64,000 bases of DNA from Camelus dromedarius (taxonomy: Eukaryota): the NCBI RefSeq assembly GCF_036321535.1, contig NC_087437.1, positions 66,156,001 to 66,220,000 on the forward strand. The letters are read 5' to 3'. This document shows, piece by piece, positions 50,271-62,770 of this stretch. The number at the start of each line of letters is the position of its first letter. Position 1 is the stretch's first letter. The notes beneath the pieces are model-generated. The model was not told the DNA's origin and did not search any database. It was given only the letters and a program-made list of their open reading frames with translations. The position numbers and the translations under genes are program-made.

Positions 50271-51289
50271 GTTGGTAACCATATCTCTTTAGGATACTAC
50301 TGTCACCAACAAAGTGGATATGAAGAAGAATTTTGGGAATTAACGAGGTGATTTCTGCGAAGAATATTGCAATCAGAGGAGACCTCTGTTGACACATAAA
50401 TCTCAAAGCCATGACCATTATTATGTCTCTACTTTTTATTTGTTTGGAGGGGTCACTTTATCAACTCTTTGGATTCCCTGATTCAGTCCTCCTCCAAATC
50501 ATGTGGAATTTACCCACTATTTCTCCCATCTATTGGTCTGATTTTTTTCACTGATTTGGCAATACCAGTTTTCTCCCCAGCTACCTACAAGGGGAATTAT
50601 GAGGAAACATTTTGTTCTCTTAAGTGCCCATATTACCTCTCTTCTGTTTTTCTTCTAGATTTAGGTCAAGGTATCCTGCTGCCTTCTGGCCATCTAACTT
50701 TCTCGCTCTGGTTGGAAGCATGGCTGGCCCAGAGATAGATGGCAACATCCATAGGGTCCTTTGAGTGGTTCCAGCTACCTCACTGTGTCTCCCATTTGCC
50801 CTGACTCTCCTGTCATTAGACTCATTTGTCTCTGTTAGATGGCAAAGGAGGATATTTCCAGAGGGCACAGATAACTCTACAGGGCACGAAGGGAGGTCCT
50901 CAGAACCAGCTCTCCTGTTAGCTGGTTTTCAGCTTGGAGGGACAGAGAATCTGGCTCTGGGGGGCATGGGGCAGGCCGATTTCAGTGACCAGGACAAGCC
51001 CTGCATGGTGGGAGGCTGCCTGTTGACTATCAGGACAGAGAGGCCTGGTTGATTGCTGGCAGAGGAGAAGGAGTTTTTGTAGAAATAAGTGGCCTATAAA
51101 GGTAAACTTTTACTCACTTCACTACTCAGAAAGTGTTCAGGCGGTTGCTTCTAAGAAACAGGCCTGAGGGTGCACAGAGCTAGGCCAGGGAAACGTTGCT
51201 TGTTAACTATGTGCATGTGCTACTTTGATTGAAGTATTTTTAAGAGAAAATGGTAGGAAGTGAACAGCTTTTGATTTCTAGTTTCTTAT

Positions 51290-51520
51290 TAGTGGTTAAG
51301 AAGATGAGCTTCACAATATGACAGAACAGGGTTTGAATTCTGACTCAGCCCCTTCCTAGCTGAGTGAACCTCACGTAACCTCTCTGAGCCTCAGTTCCCT
51401 CATATGTAAAATAAGGATAATGATAACACCATCTCAGAATGGTTCTGAGTTTTGAAGAGTTAATGTGTGTTGAGTTTTCAACATAGTAAGAGCTTACTAA
51501 CTGTTAGATATTATTTTGTT
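51290..51520 (+). mobile_element. MIR
   Basis: agtggttaaga..gggtttgaattctgactc..aacctctctgagcctcagttccctcatatgtaaaat. Confidence 0.8.
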
Positions 51521-53439
51521 ATAATTAATCTTCCACTGCCCGGTCCTGAAAGCCCAGTGCCTCGCCCGCTCTTCCAGTCCCTGTAGAAGAGGACGTCCTC
51601 CCTGGCACAGGAACTCAGCACGTCCCCCGTAGCAACTCACTCTGCGACTCAACGTGATTTATTTTCTCCATTGCCTTTTATATAATCCCATTTCCATTTT
51701 ATTTCACTGCAATATCTTTCTGTAGGACAAAGAAAGAAAAGGGGGAAAGAGTGCTGAGTGTCAGGAAACTGACTGAGCCCGATCCCCCGGGCTCCCTATT
51801 TGACGAGCAGTTCCTGAGGAGGACCCCACATCTGCACATGAAGTCCCAGGACTGCCCCCCTCAGCCTGCCCCCACCCCTCCCGACAATGCTCAACATTTA
51901 GGGCGTGTGACCCACAAGTATCGGATGTGACTCACTCAAACACAAGCCATACATGTACACAGGCTTTATTCATACCTAGTTCCCTTTTGGAAAGAATTTT
52001 CATGGAGTTAAAACATTTCAGCAGAATCAGATTTGAACATTTCAAAGTCATAGAATTAATTTTATTCACCTTTAATTAAATCACTAATGTACTGACTCTG
52101 CTGAATGCCACCTAAGGACGTCAGTTTTCCAAAAGTCAGCCCCACTGGCCTCCTGATTTGTGTATTTTCTAGTCATCGAAGATATCACAGTGGCCACTTT
52201 TGGCCCTCAGGCCCCATTTGGGACACTGAGCATCAGGGCCACCCAGACAGCATCCCTGCTGTGCTGCCTGCTGCCAACTCCTTCACTGTAGGCACAGCCA
52301 GTCCTCCAAAAAAGTGTCCTTAGGGCCATCTCTGCAGATGGAGTTGGTCAGATGGTGTGATTTCAGGGTCATTGGCAGGTGCCCTCCTGATACCTGACCT
52401 TACTTTTATTATTGATTCTCCCTCTGAATCCCCGTAGTCCCACTCCACCTCATCCCCATGGCATCTTCACATTCTGGGTCATAAACATGGATATTGGTGT
52501 GCTTGCCTTAAATCTCCCAACCAGACTGAGCTTCTTAAAAGCTAGAGCCCTGACTTCTACTTGGCAGCACCGTTGCCCTACACCTACCCAAGCACGGTAC
52601 TTTGCACCTAATCAAGTGGACATATATTGAATCTATATTTTGTGTATTATTGACTAAAGTTTTGATTTCTGTTCATATGCAGCTCCCTCTAGGAGAGGCA
52701 GCACTTTAAGACGCTGTGAGTCATTTTCTCCAAAGTACAAATGAGAAATCTGAAAGCAGGTTTACATTCATGACAAAGAGGAAAGAACAGGGCCCTGGGT
52801 TCCGGGGGGTGGGGTAAGGAATGACACAGAGAGGGTGAAGGGTATAGTTGGGGCCTTTGCTCCCTGTGCCTGTCCCACAGTCCTGGCTAGGGCCCGGCCT
52901 GCCTTTGTTCTCTTTTTTTTTCTGCTCTTCTTCTCCCATAAATACCCACTGGCACAGAGCCACTGCTAGCCTATAGAGATCCTTTGTGTAAATTAGAAAA
53001 AGGCATCCCTTCTGGGCAGATGCAGTCTCGCAGGTGCAGGGCTTGGCAAGCAGATGGTGCCTTTGGGAAAAATTAGAGAAAAGAACCCCTTCCTCCGGGC
53101 GCTGCCCCTGCCACGGCACATGGCTTGACAAGCAGGCCATGGGGCTATTTCAGCTCCCGTGTGCCCCTCAGCTTGATGCAGTGCAAAACCACACAGTGGA
53201 GGGGAAGGCCCTCACCACCAGCAGCACAGTTGGCCCGCTGCCCTCCTAGTGCCCAGCAGCCTGTCCTCTAGGGCTCCTACGCACCTGTACCATCCTGTCC
53301 TGTGCTGCATCCCGGCAGAGTCCTGTCTGATGGTTGATGTACTGACTTCCGATAAACTAGTTCTCAGAGAAAGAGAGGAAAATAAAATGTACTAAGCACA
53401 CACGAGGTGTAAGGGGACCACCCTAAGGGTCTTCCCACA

Positions 53440-53560
53440 TGCTATCTTAGTAAATCCTCATAGCAACCCTTCAAGGTAGGTGAATCCCTATTTTACAGAT
53501 GAGGAAATTGGTCCCAACCTGACTGCTCTTTGACCCCGAGCCTCATATTTCACTTCTCTG
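53440..53560 (-). mobile_element. MIR fragment just upstream of coding exon 7
   Basis: aatcctcatagcaaccct..aggtagg..attttacagatgaggaaattg. Confidence 0.65.
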
Positions 53561-53587
53561 AGCCTCTGGTTCTCTCTCCGTCTGCAG

Positions 53588-53824
53588 GGCCTGCTGCTGC
53601 TCTATGGGGCCTACCTGGCTGGCCTGACTGACCACGTCAGCTCTCCTCCTGTGAATCAGTCTTTAACCATCATGGTTGGGGTCAACCTCGTGGTGCTGGC
53701 TGCTGGGCTGCTTTTTGTGGTCACCAGATACTTGCACTCCTGGCCCAACCTGGTCTTTGGACTCACATCTGGGGGTATCTTTGTTTGCACGACCGCAATC
53801 AACTGCTTCATCTTCATTCCCCAG
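53588..53824 (+). CDS. GPR156: GPR156 coding exon 7 (GLLLLYGAYLAGLTDHVSSPPVNQSLTIMVG...INCFIFIPQ), TM5-TM7
   Basis: Acceptor ctccgtctgcag|GGC, 237 nt, TM7 ends in the class C motif FIFIP, donor CAG|GTATGT. Overlaps ORF 53651..53884. Confidence 0.97.
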
Positions 53825-55119
53825 GTATGTTCAAGGGGGAATTTGGAGGACCAGTCCTCCCCACCATGGCAGAGACTTGGCTAGAATGATAAATTGTTCA
53901 CGTCGTTTCCTGCTGAGACATTTGGGCACCGCTGATTGGCGAGTCAGAGGAAAGTGCGGTTCCCATCGGGCTGATCCCCTCTGTTCTTCCCTTCTCGATG
54001 TCCTGAAGGAGTAACTCTGCTCCCTGTCAGAAAGGAGGGCAGGTCAGAGCCACGGAGCAGTGTCTCCACTTTTGCCCTGGCGGCTTCTCACAGAAACTGC
54101 TTTCCCACCCACCTTCCAGTCCGCTTCACACATCCTCAGCCCCCCTTCACCCTGAAAATGTCATTTCTTTTCCTAGCCCGGGAGTGAGGAATCTTTCCTT
54201 CTTTCCTGTTTGCGGCTGCATGTTCACAGGGGAAAAGGCGTTTTGACCTTTATGCAATTTAACATGCTTTTTTACCTTTTTATTAGAGAAAAATGTAGAA
54301 CATTCCTTTTCTTTTCATAATAAGGAAAAATAAAAACTAAATTAAAAATGTGTTTCTTATTATGAGGATTAAGGAAAAAGCAAATGGGAGGAAGACAGAA
54401 GGAGAAATTTCCAGACAGCCAAGAGAAAGAAAGGGAGTCAGAGGAAAAGGTGAAGGAATCCACCGGCTCTGAAAGGAAAGTGAGGTTAAATTATTCACGT
54501 ATGCCCCAGGTACCACTGAACCACACACATTCAAGTCAGTGAACTTGGCATTAGGCACTTTTCCTAGGTTCCTGCTAGCTCTTTTTTTCTTCCCCCATGA
54601 GGCCTCCCGTCATCCCACGACTCCCTCAAGACCGCATCCTGACTCCCACTGCATCTTCCAGTTGGCTAAGAATGACTTCTCCATGAGGGAGCTAACCCGT
54701 AATTAAAGTTCTGGCTGATGGAGGGTGACAGTGTGTTTATAAAAGGGAAGAGAGCACTTTGGGGCACAACAGTGTGACTCAGGCGTAGGCCCTTTACTCT
54801 CCTTCCCTTTCATACATTCTCATCAAAATACTCAAGAGAATGAACAAATATGAAAAAAGCTGTAGAAGCAGCTCTAAAAATCAAGGATGGATATTGCCTC
54901 TGTGCCAAAAATGAGAGAACTTTTTGTTGAATCTTAGTATTATCAGAACTGGACTGAAGGAAGCCAGTGAGAGCTGCGTCTTACTTGTCTGGGATGTAGC
55001 CGGAAAGGGCTATGAAAAGCCAGGGCTGTTCCTCCCTGGGAGGTAGGGAAAAGAGAGTGGAGAGGAGACTTTTGGGAAGCCCACCCCTTAGGCCCTGGGG
55101 TCAACATTATTGATTGATA

Positions 55120-55380
55120 ACCCATCCCCCCATTGCCAAACCCTTTCTTCCTTGTTCACCTCCACTATGTAGGCTGAAAGAGCTAAACACTTGCTCTGCC
55201 AGGGGTGACAACTTTGAACACTAAAGGTTTCCTGAGAGGCTCCTGAGAAAGCTTTTGCTTTCCTAAAAAAGCTATAGGTGTGGTTGGCATCATCTCTTCT
55301 ACCTTCTACTTACCCTGAATGTTTGTGACACCTGGGGCTATGGCAATCATCTTGTGGTGATGAGGGAAAAGCCAAGAAAA
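55120..55380 (+). mobile_element. Old LTR fragment (MaLR MLT1I/J- or LTR33-like)
   Basis: gagaaagcttttgctttcct and cctggggctatggcaatcatcttgtggtgatgaggg motifs. Confidence 0.45.
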
Positions 55381-55529
55381 TGTATTTACTACAGCAGGAA
55401 ACTATAGCTCTTCCCATGTAAGACTATACATTCAGAAGGAAAGGACCTAAGAAGAGATTCTGTAGTTCACAAGAAGAGGACCACAAATTTCTGATTTAGA
55501 GAAGCTGTCTTCCTCTGAAGTAAAATAGA

Positions 55530-57622
55530 TTTTTTTAACTGAAGCATAATCAGTTAAAATGTGTCAATTTCTGGTGTACAGCATAATGTCCCAGTCATGC
55601 ATATGTATACATATATTCGTTTTCATATTCTTTTTCATTAAAGGTTATTACAAGATACTGAATGTAGTTCCTTGTGCTATACAGTAGAAGTTTGTTCTTT
55701 TATCTGTTTTTATATATAGTGGTTAACCTTTGCAAATCTCAAATTCCCAAATGTATCCCTTCCCACTCCCTTTCCCCCAGTAACCATAAAATTATTTACT
55801 ATGTCTGTTTTGTAGATGAGTTCATTAGTGTCCTTTTTTTTCTTTTCTTTTCTTTTTTTTTTTTTTTAGATTCCACATATGAGTGATATCATATGGTATT
55901 TTTCTTTCTCTTTCTGGCTTACTTCACTTAGAATGACGATCGCCAGGTCCATCCATGTTGCTGCAAATGCCCTTATTTTATTCTTTTTTTATTGCTGAGT
56001 AGTATTCCATTGTATAAATATACCATATCTTCTTTATCCAGTCATCGGTTAATGGACATTTAGGTTGTTTCCATGTCTTGGCTAGTGTATATAGTGTGGC
56101 TATGAATATTGGGGTGCATGTATCTTTTTGAATTAAGAGTTCCCTCAGGATATATACTCAGGAATGGGATTGCTGGATCATATAGTAAGTCTATTTTTAG
56201 TTTTTTGAGGAATCTCCATACTGATTTCCACAATGGCTGCACCAAACTACGTTCCCACCAACAGTGTGGTAGGGTTTTCCTTTTCTCCACACCTTCTCCA
56301 GCGTTTATTGTTTGTGGACTTTTGAATGAAGGCCATTCTGCCTGGTGTGAGGTGATACCTCATTGTAGTTTTGATTTGCATTTCTCTGATAATTAATGAT
56401 ATTGAGCATTTTTTCATGTGCCTATTGGCCATTTGTATGTCTTCACTGGAGAATTGCTTTTTTAGATCTTCTGCCCATTTCTGGATTGGGTGGTTTGTTT
56501 TTTTCTTATTAAGTTGTATGAGCTGTTTATATATTCTGGAAATTAAACCTTTGTCAGTCACATCACTTACAAATATTTTCTCCCATTCCATAGGTTGTCA
56601 TTTTGTTTTGCTTATGGTTTCCTTTGCTGTGCAAAACCTTGTAAGTTTAATAGGTCCCATTTGTTAATGTTTGCTTTTATTTCTATTGCCTGGGTAGACT
56701 GCTAAGATTTATGTTAGAGAATGTTTTGCCTATGTTTTCTTCTAGGAGGTTTATTGTGTCTTGTCTTATATTTAAGTCTTTAAGCCATTTTGAGTTTATT
56801 TTGTGTATGGTATGAGGGAGTGTTCTAACTTCATTGATTTACATGCTGCTGTCCAGTTTTCCTAACACTACTTGCTGAATAGACTGTCTTTTTTCCATTG
56901 TATATTCTTTCCTCCTTTGTTGAAGATTAATTGACCGTAGGTCTGTGGATTTACTTCTGGGCTCTCTGTTCTGTTCCATTGATCCGTATGTCTGTTTTTT
57001 ATGCCAGTACCATACTGTTTTCATTACTGTAGCTCTGTAGTATTGTCTGAAGTCTGGGAGGGTTATTCCTCCAGCTTCGTTCTTTTTCCTCAGTATTGCT
57101 TTGGCAATTCTGGATCTTCTGTGACTCCATTTAAATTTTAGGATTATTTGTTCTAGTTCTGTGAAAAATGTCCTGGGTAATTTGATAGGGATTGCATTAA
57201 ATCTGTAGATTGCCATGAGCAGTATGGCCATTTTTACAATATTGATTCTTCCAATTCAAGAGCATGGGATATCATTCCATTTCTTAAAGTCATCTTTAAT
57301 TTCTTTAATCAGTGTTTTGTAGTTCTCCACATATAAGTCTTTCACCTCCTTGGTCAAATTTATTCCTAAGTATTTTATTGTTTTGGATGCGATTTTAAAT
57401 GGGATTGTTTCTTTACTTTCTTTTCCTGCTATTTCGTTGTTAGTGTAAAGAAATGCAACTGATTTCTGTATGTTAATCTTGTATCCTGCTGCCTTGCTGA
57501 ATTCTTTTATCAGCTCTAATAGTTTTTGTGTGGAGCTTTTAGGGTTTTCTATATAAAATATCATGTCATCCACATATAGTGACAGTTTTACCTCTTCTCT
57601 TCCAGTCTGGATCCCTTTTATT
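55530..57622 (-). mobile_element. 5'-truncated, relatively young L1 (RT and C-terminal ORF2 plus 3'UTR), antisense
   Basis: ORF 57256..57663(-) has RT motifs [15 protein letters not shown] and KYLGINLT. Further ORF2 peptides lie in 56060-57231. Confidence 0.95.
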
Positions 57623-57639
57623 TTAGAATAAGTTTTCAC

Positions 57640-58060
57640 AAGATACCTTTTTAGTCTTGTCAATAAAATTCAAAGGATACTGCCTCTCTTCAACTGAAGC
57701 AAACCATCATGAAAAGGACATAATCTTAAATCATGAAATATTGAATAAGAATGAAAAATATTATGTTAACTTTAAAATCCCAGCAGAAGCAATGAATAGG
57801 CAATTGGACATGGCAAAATATTGAATTAGTGGATTAATCTAAGGAAATAGAAAACAAGGAAACAAATAAAAAATGAGAGACTAAATAAGAAATATGGAGA
57901 ACAGATCTAAGGATACAATTTAGAGCTAGTAGGAGTCTCTGAAAGAGGACAAGATAATTTGGGGCAGAATTAATCACCAAGGATCTATTAGAAGAAAGCC
58001 TTTCTGATCTAAAACAAGACCTCCATCTGAAAATGGAGTGAATTAGTAAACTTGCATGAT
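57640..58060 (+). mobile_element. Old L1 ORF1-like fragment
   Basis: A-rich degenerate sequence resembling an ORF1 coiled-coil/RRM junction (..atggagaacagatctaagga..aggagtctctgaaagag..). Confidence 0.45.
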
Positions 58061-59166
58061 GCAGCCCTACTTGGGTCTCTTCTCTCCACACTGGCCTCTG
58101 TTCCTCTTGCATCCTAAGCCTCAGATTTCCACTCTTCTCGGTGTTTAAATTCTCAGCCTCTAGGACAGAAGTGACATCTAGGTACACTCCCATCTATACA
58201 CAGACATAAAATTGCAGGATGAAGTTCAGCCTGGAATCTGACTTGCAGGTTTGAACTACACAACAAGCACTTGGTTTGTTGAAGTGGAGTGGAAATGGAA
58301 TTAAATGGGGGATGGTACAGGAACTGGGCAGAGGGACAGAGTTGGCCTTTCTCTTTCCTTCTCTCTCCCTCAGCCCTCCTGTCTGTCTTGAGTGTACTTT
58401 CTCATATTCTGTCTTTTCTATTTTCTCTCTCATGCTTTTCCTCCTCTTGAACTGACCATGATCTGAAACTAAAAAATATATTTTATAGGCTATTGTATTT
58501 TAGGTTTAGGAGCTAAATCTTTTTCAAAGTATAAAAGTAACAGGTTTGTTGGGGTTTGTGTGCCCCTGAATTGATTTTCTCCTCTGGCTGGGTGGCCTTT
58601 GGTTAAAGAAGGATGCTCCCAGTGAGACCTGAGACTGGGTATTCCTAGGACAGTGGAATGGCTGAGCATATTTGGAAAAGTGTGTGAGGAGAGCCACATG
58701 GGGAGGGAAAGGGACAGGAAGGTGGGCTTCCTTCTTGCTACTGAGCCTTCAGACTGGACTCTGATGGGAGAAATTTATGAAAGCAAAGGCACAGATATCT
58801 CAAGGGTAGCCAGACAGTGCTAGAAAGCTGGGTGAATTGGATGACGTTACTGAAAAAGCAAGCAGACCAAGTAGCATTCTCAGAGGCCCTCAGGAAATGC
58901 CTAAGTGTTTATGCCAAACACTGAGGTCATCACCAGCAATGAGCCAACCCCTGCTTTTGTGGTTTGAATGTGACTTATCCTCCCACACATTCTCCTCCTC
59001 TGCCTCTGCCTTTGGGAGGCAGGTGGGGTCCTGAAGTCAGACGTTATTTTCTCATCTAAACCCACCAAGTGTTCATCTACTCCTCTGTGAAGGTGCCTGT
59101 GACTTTCTGCTCTTCCTTTTAGCTCTCTGTAAATGTCACAGCAACCCTACTAGACAAATGAGCTTT

Positions 59167-59290
59167 TTTTTTTTTTTTTTGAAGCCCCAAAGGCAGTCTT
59201 AATTTTTTTAAATAGAAGTATTGGGGATTGAACCCAGGACCTCATGCATGCTAAGCACACACTCTACCACTGAGCTATATCCACCCTCTG
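59167..59290 (-). mobile_element. tRNA-Ala-derived SINE with an atypical 3' segment and poly(A)
   Basis: Reverse complement reads GGGTGGATATAGCTCAGTGGTAGAGTGTGTGCTTAGCATGCATGAGGTCCTGGGTTCAATCCCCAATAC. TSD caaatgagcttt (59155-59166) / cagatgagcttt (59295-59306). Confidence 0.88.
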
Positions 59291-59836
59291 CCACCAGATG
59301 AGCTTTCTAGTATATGTGCTGCTGAATTGAGCACCCCCAGATGAACTTTTTAAAGAAAAGCTTCCTTCATTTGTATATCTGTCAATCCATTTACTAACTG
59401 CTGGGAACATGCAGTTAAACACACAGCCCCATTCTCAGTCTACTTGGGAGCGGATGTGAAAGGATTTATAATACATATTATAAAGTGTTTGAGGAAGTCA
59501 TGTCACGCTATGATGAGGAAGGGGTGTCCCAGCCTGTGTGGGGACTCAGTGACACAGTCTCAGAAAATGGGGTGTTTGGGCCCATCTTGAAGTAGGATTA
59601 AGAGCTCACTGAGCAGACTAGGGGGGAGCAGTGGGTGGCATTTCAGACGAGGGGTCTCCCTGACCAGAGGCAGAGAGGTATGAGAGAGAAGAGGAGGTGT
59701 TTGGAACACCCGGAGTCTATGCTCTTCTCAAAGCACAAATCAAAACAAGGGGAGTAGCAGGAGGTGAGAGAGGCACGAGGGGTGAACTTCTGAAGGCCCG
59801 GGTGCATCCTGCTCTGGAGCTGAGGCTTAGTCCCAC

Positions 59837-60326
59837 TGTGCTGGTTTCCTAGTGCTGCTGTAACAAACTACCACGTGTTGAGGGCCTTAAACTGATACAG
59901 ATTGATAGCTTAAGTTCTGGAGCTCAGAAATCTAACGTGGGCCTTGTTTGGCTGAAATCAAGGTGTTAGTAGGTCTGCGTTCCTGCTGGAGCCTTGTGGG
60001 GAGAATCTGTTTCCCTGCCTTTCCTAGTGTCCACCTGCCGCCTGCGTTCTTTGACTCGCAGGTCCTCCCTCCCTCTTCAGAGCCAACAGTGCAGCATCTC
60101 GTAATCTCTCTTTCTATTGTCACATCTCTCCCGCCTCCCTCTTATAAGGACTCTTGTGATTGATTACATTGGGCCCGCCTGGATGATCTGGAACAATCTC
60201 CCCGTCTCAAAATTTTAAACTCAGTAACATTTGCAAAATCCCTTTTGCCATGGACGGTAACATATTCACAAAGTTACAGGGATCAGGAGGGAAACATCTT
60301 TTGGGGGCCGTTCTCTGCCTCCTGCA
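59837..60326 (-). mobile_element. Complete MaLR solo LTR (MLT1C/D-like) with 5-bp TSD
   Basis: TG...CA termini, 490 bp, TSD cccac (59832-59836 / 60327-60331), MLT1 motifs gctgctgtaacaaactaccac and gattacattgggccc. Confidence 0.88.
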
Positions 60327-62101
60327 CCCACATAGCCCAGATGCTGAGAAAATAATGCTACGCTGGTCCTTCTGAAGAAAGGGCGTTGACGAGCTCCTGA
60401 AATTGTTAGCTAAGGGTGATTTATAGCCATATTCTAGAAATCCTAAAGGGTCAAGTACAAGACCAGGACCAGGACCTTCACAAGGGAATTAAGGGGGAGG
60501 GGGTTGAAGGCAGGGGCTTTATTCGAGGGGCACCCTGGCTGCATGCAGCCTGCTTCGGGTGAGACAGACCAAAAGCCTTGGAAGTGCGCTTGCACTAGTG
60601 TTGAGCAGTCCCTCCAGCAGCCCTGCAGGGAGGGCTTGGACTCAGGGTGCTGTGGGGAGAGAAGGGAAGAGCTGTGCTGCTAAGGGGCCCTGAGGGGGCG
60701 CAGAGCTACGGCAGCACTGCTAGGGGCCGTGCTAGGAGAGCGACGCTGGGGGCTGCTTCATCCACCCACCCCTACCCCTGCAACTCCTGCGCTCCAGCAA
60801 CTCCTGAGGAGGACAGTGAGATGATGGCACCCTAGGGAGGGGCCTTCAAGAAGGGTATCTGAGAAGGGAGGTTCCTGGCCTGACCCAGCACAGGTTACTC
60901 TGACTCCGGTACCGTGGACTCATGCTGAGTCAACCGCAGACCAAAGAGGACTTGAGCAGGATGTGGCATTGAAATTGATGGTGGGATTCATAATCCTATC
61001 TGGGATTTACCAAATTTGGGTTGTATTCCATAGTCAGAGCTTAGTAAGTATTTGACAAGCGAGCAAAGACATCCCAGGATCCCTTGAGACTCCCCACAGA
61101 CACCTTAGCAGCATTTCTAGAGCTAAGGGGCCAGAGTGCCCAGCGTCCATCACTAGGGCTCTTAATTATGGGAATCCCTAAGGAGAAAAGGAGACACCTC
61201 AAGCCCTTTCGGTTCCCCTGGCATTTGTGTCACTGGCATTTGCTAGGAAGAGACAGTGTCCCGGAGGCTCAGGTGTGTGCCCTTGTTTGTGAATGTTCCA
61301 TGTTCAGTCCCGTCCCTGGTATCCATGGACTGTTTCTCAAAACCAGTTTCCCCTGAAAAACGTTCCCTAGGCCCCTCCCCGTTGACAGTCTCTGTGTTCA
61401 CCGGCTGTGCTGAGGGTGGGCCGTGCAGCGCAGTGCGCGGGCTACAGCGGAGGCCCTGCTCTAACTGGGGTCCTCCTCCTTCTGAGTCTGCTCGTTTGTC
61501 AGGGAAGAAGACGGTCAGGTCGCCGGCCTATCGTTCTATCATCTTTTCTTGATTTTTATTGACATTTGTGGTTTTCTTTTTGTCTGAGCCTTGACTATTG
61601 ATTTGGGTTAGAAGTCTTCCAGCGAGGAGCTGGGTTTTCAATAGCAGTAAGCATACCATTACTCAACAAGTGAGACTAATTAAGAACAGCTGCACACAAC
61701 AAAAACCAGCTTCATTTGAAACATACAGTGTTTAGATTGCTTAACCCCGGTATTGCTCCTAAACTCTGGCTTGAGAATGCGGCCCTCGAAGTACACCTCA
61801 ACTCTGCTTTTCTTTGGCCAGTCGGGCAGTGGGTAGGTAGATGGGTCAAGCTGAGATTTTTCTGCGTCATCAACCTGACATCTTCCTTTGGCACTTTTTA
61901 AATGATTCAGTTTTAACATTCTCTAAACCTTCTGTCATTGCTATCTGTGAACCATCCAGAGTAAAGTAGATTTTAAGGGGAGAATAGTTTGTGCCTGTGT
62001 GTATCTGTGACACTGTCATTCCTTGGTGTTTTTGGGAAATGGAGAGAATGTGTTTCTGGGTGTGTAATTAAATAAATAACATGTGTTCTTTTATCTAACA
62101 G

Positions 62102-62260
62102 CTGAAGCAATGGAAGGTATTTGAAGAGGAAAACCAAACAATCAGACGCATGGCCAAGTATTTCAGCACTCCCAGCAAAAGCTTGCATAGCCAGTATGGT
62201 GAGGAACAGAATTGCCATGTTAGAGGAGAGAAAAATTCCATGGAGAGACTCCTCACAGAA
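62102..62260 (+). CDS. GPR156: GPR156 coding exon 8 (LKQWKVFEEENQTIRRMAKYFSTPSKSLHSQYGEEQNCHVRGEKNSMERLLTE), proximal C-tail
   Basis: Acceptor ttttatctaacag|CTG, 159 nt open frame, donor GAA|GTAAGC. No stop codon, so the gene continues beyond the window. Confidence 0.95.
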
Positions 62261-62454
62261 GTAAGCTAGACCCTGCCTGGTGGGTTCTCTGTAAAGAACT
62301 CCAGCCGCGCTTTGGTGGGCCCCAGATGTCTCATCGCTAACATTCTTTCTCCGCCCATTTCCCCACTTCCTAGCCATTCCTGTTTCCCTTAGCAGCGAGC
62401 AGAGCCTCAGTGCTCCCCCAATGCCCTTCCCACTGCTGACCCTCACCCACTTCA

Positions 62455-62770
62455 TGCATTCATGCGACAGATGTCTGCCAGGCATTGTGCTAAGTGCTGG
62501 TGAACAAAACAGATATCGTCCTCACCTTCATGGAGCTCACAGTGTAGCGGAGGAAATAGAAATTGATCAAGTAAACATATAAATGGTGATGTTATGAAGG
62601 GAAAAATCAGAGTGGCAAAAAAGAGTAATGGGGAACCTAATTTAGAGTGGTCAGAGAAGACTCCCTGAACTGAGAACTAAAGGTTAACTATAAATTAACC
62701 AGGGAAAGAGTGCAGGGAAAAGCATTCCAAGTGAGGGGAGCAGCATTGCAAAGGCCCTGAGTAGTGGTGG
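62455..62770 (-). mobile_element. L2 3' end, antisense
   Basis: tgccaggcattgtgctaagtgctgg..ccttcatggagctcacagt..gcattgcaaaggccctgag. Confidence 0.75.
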
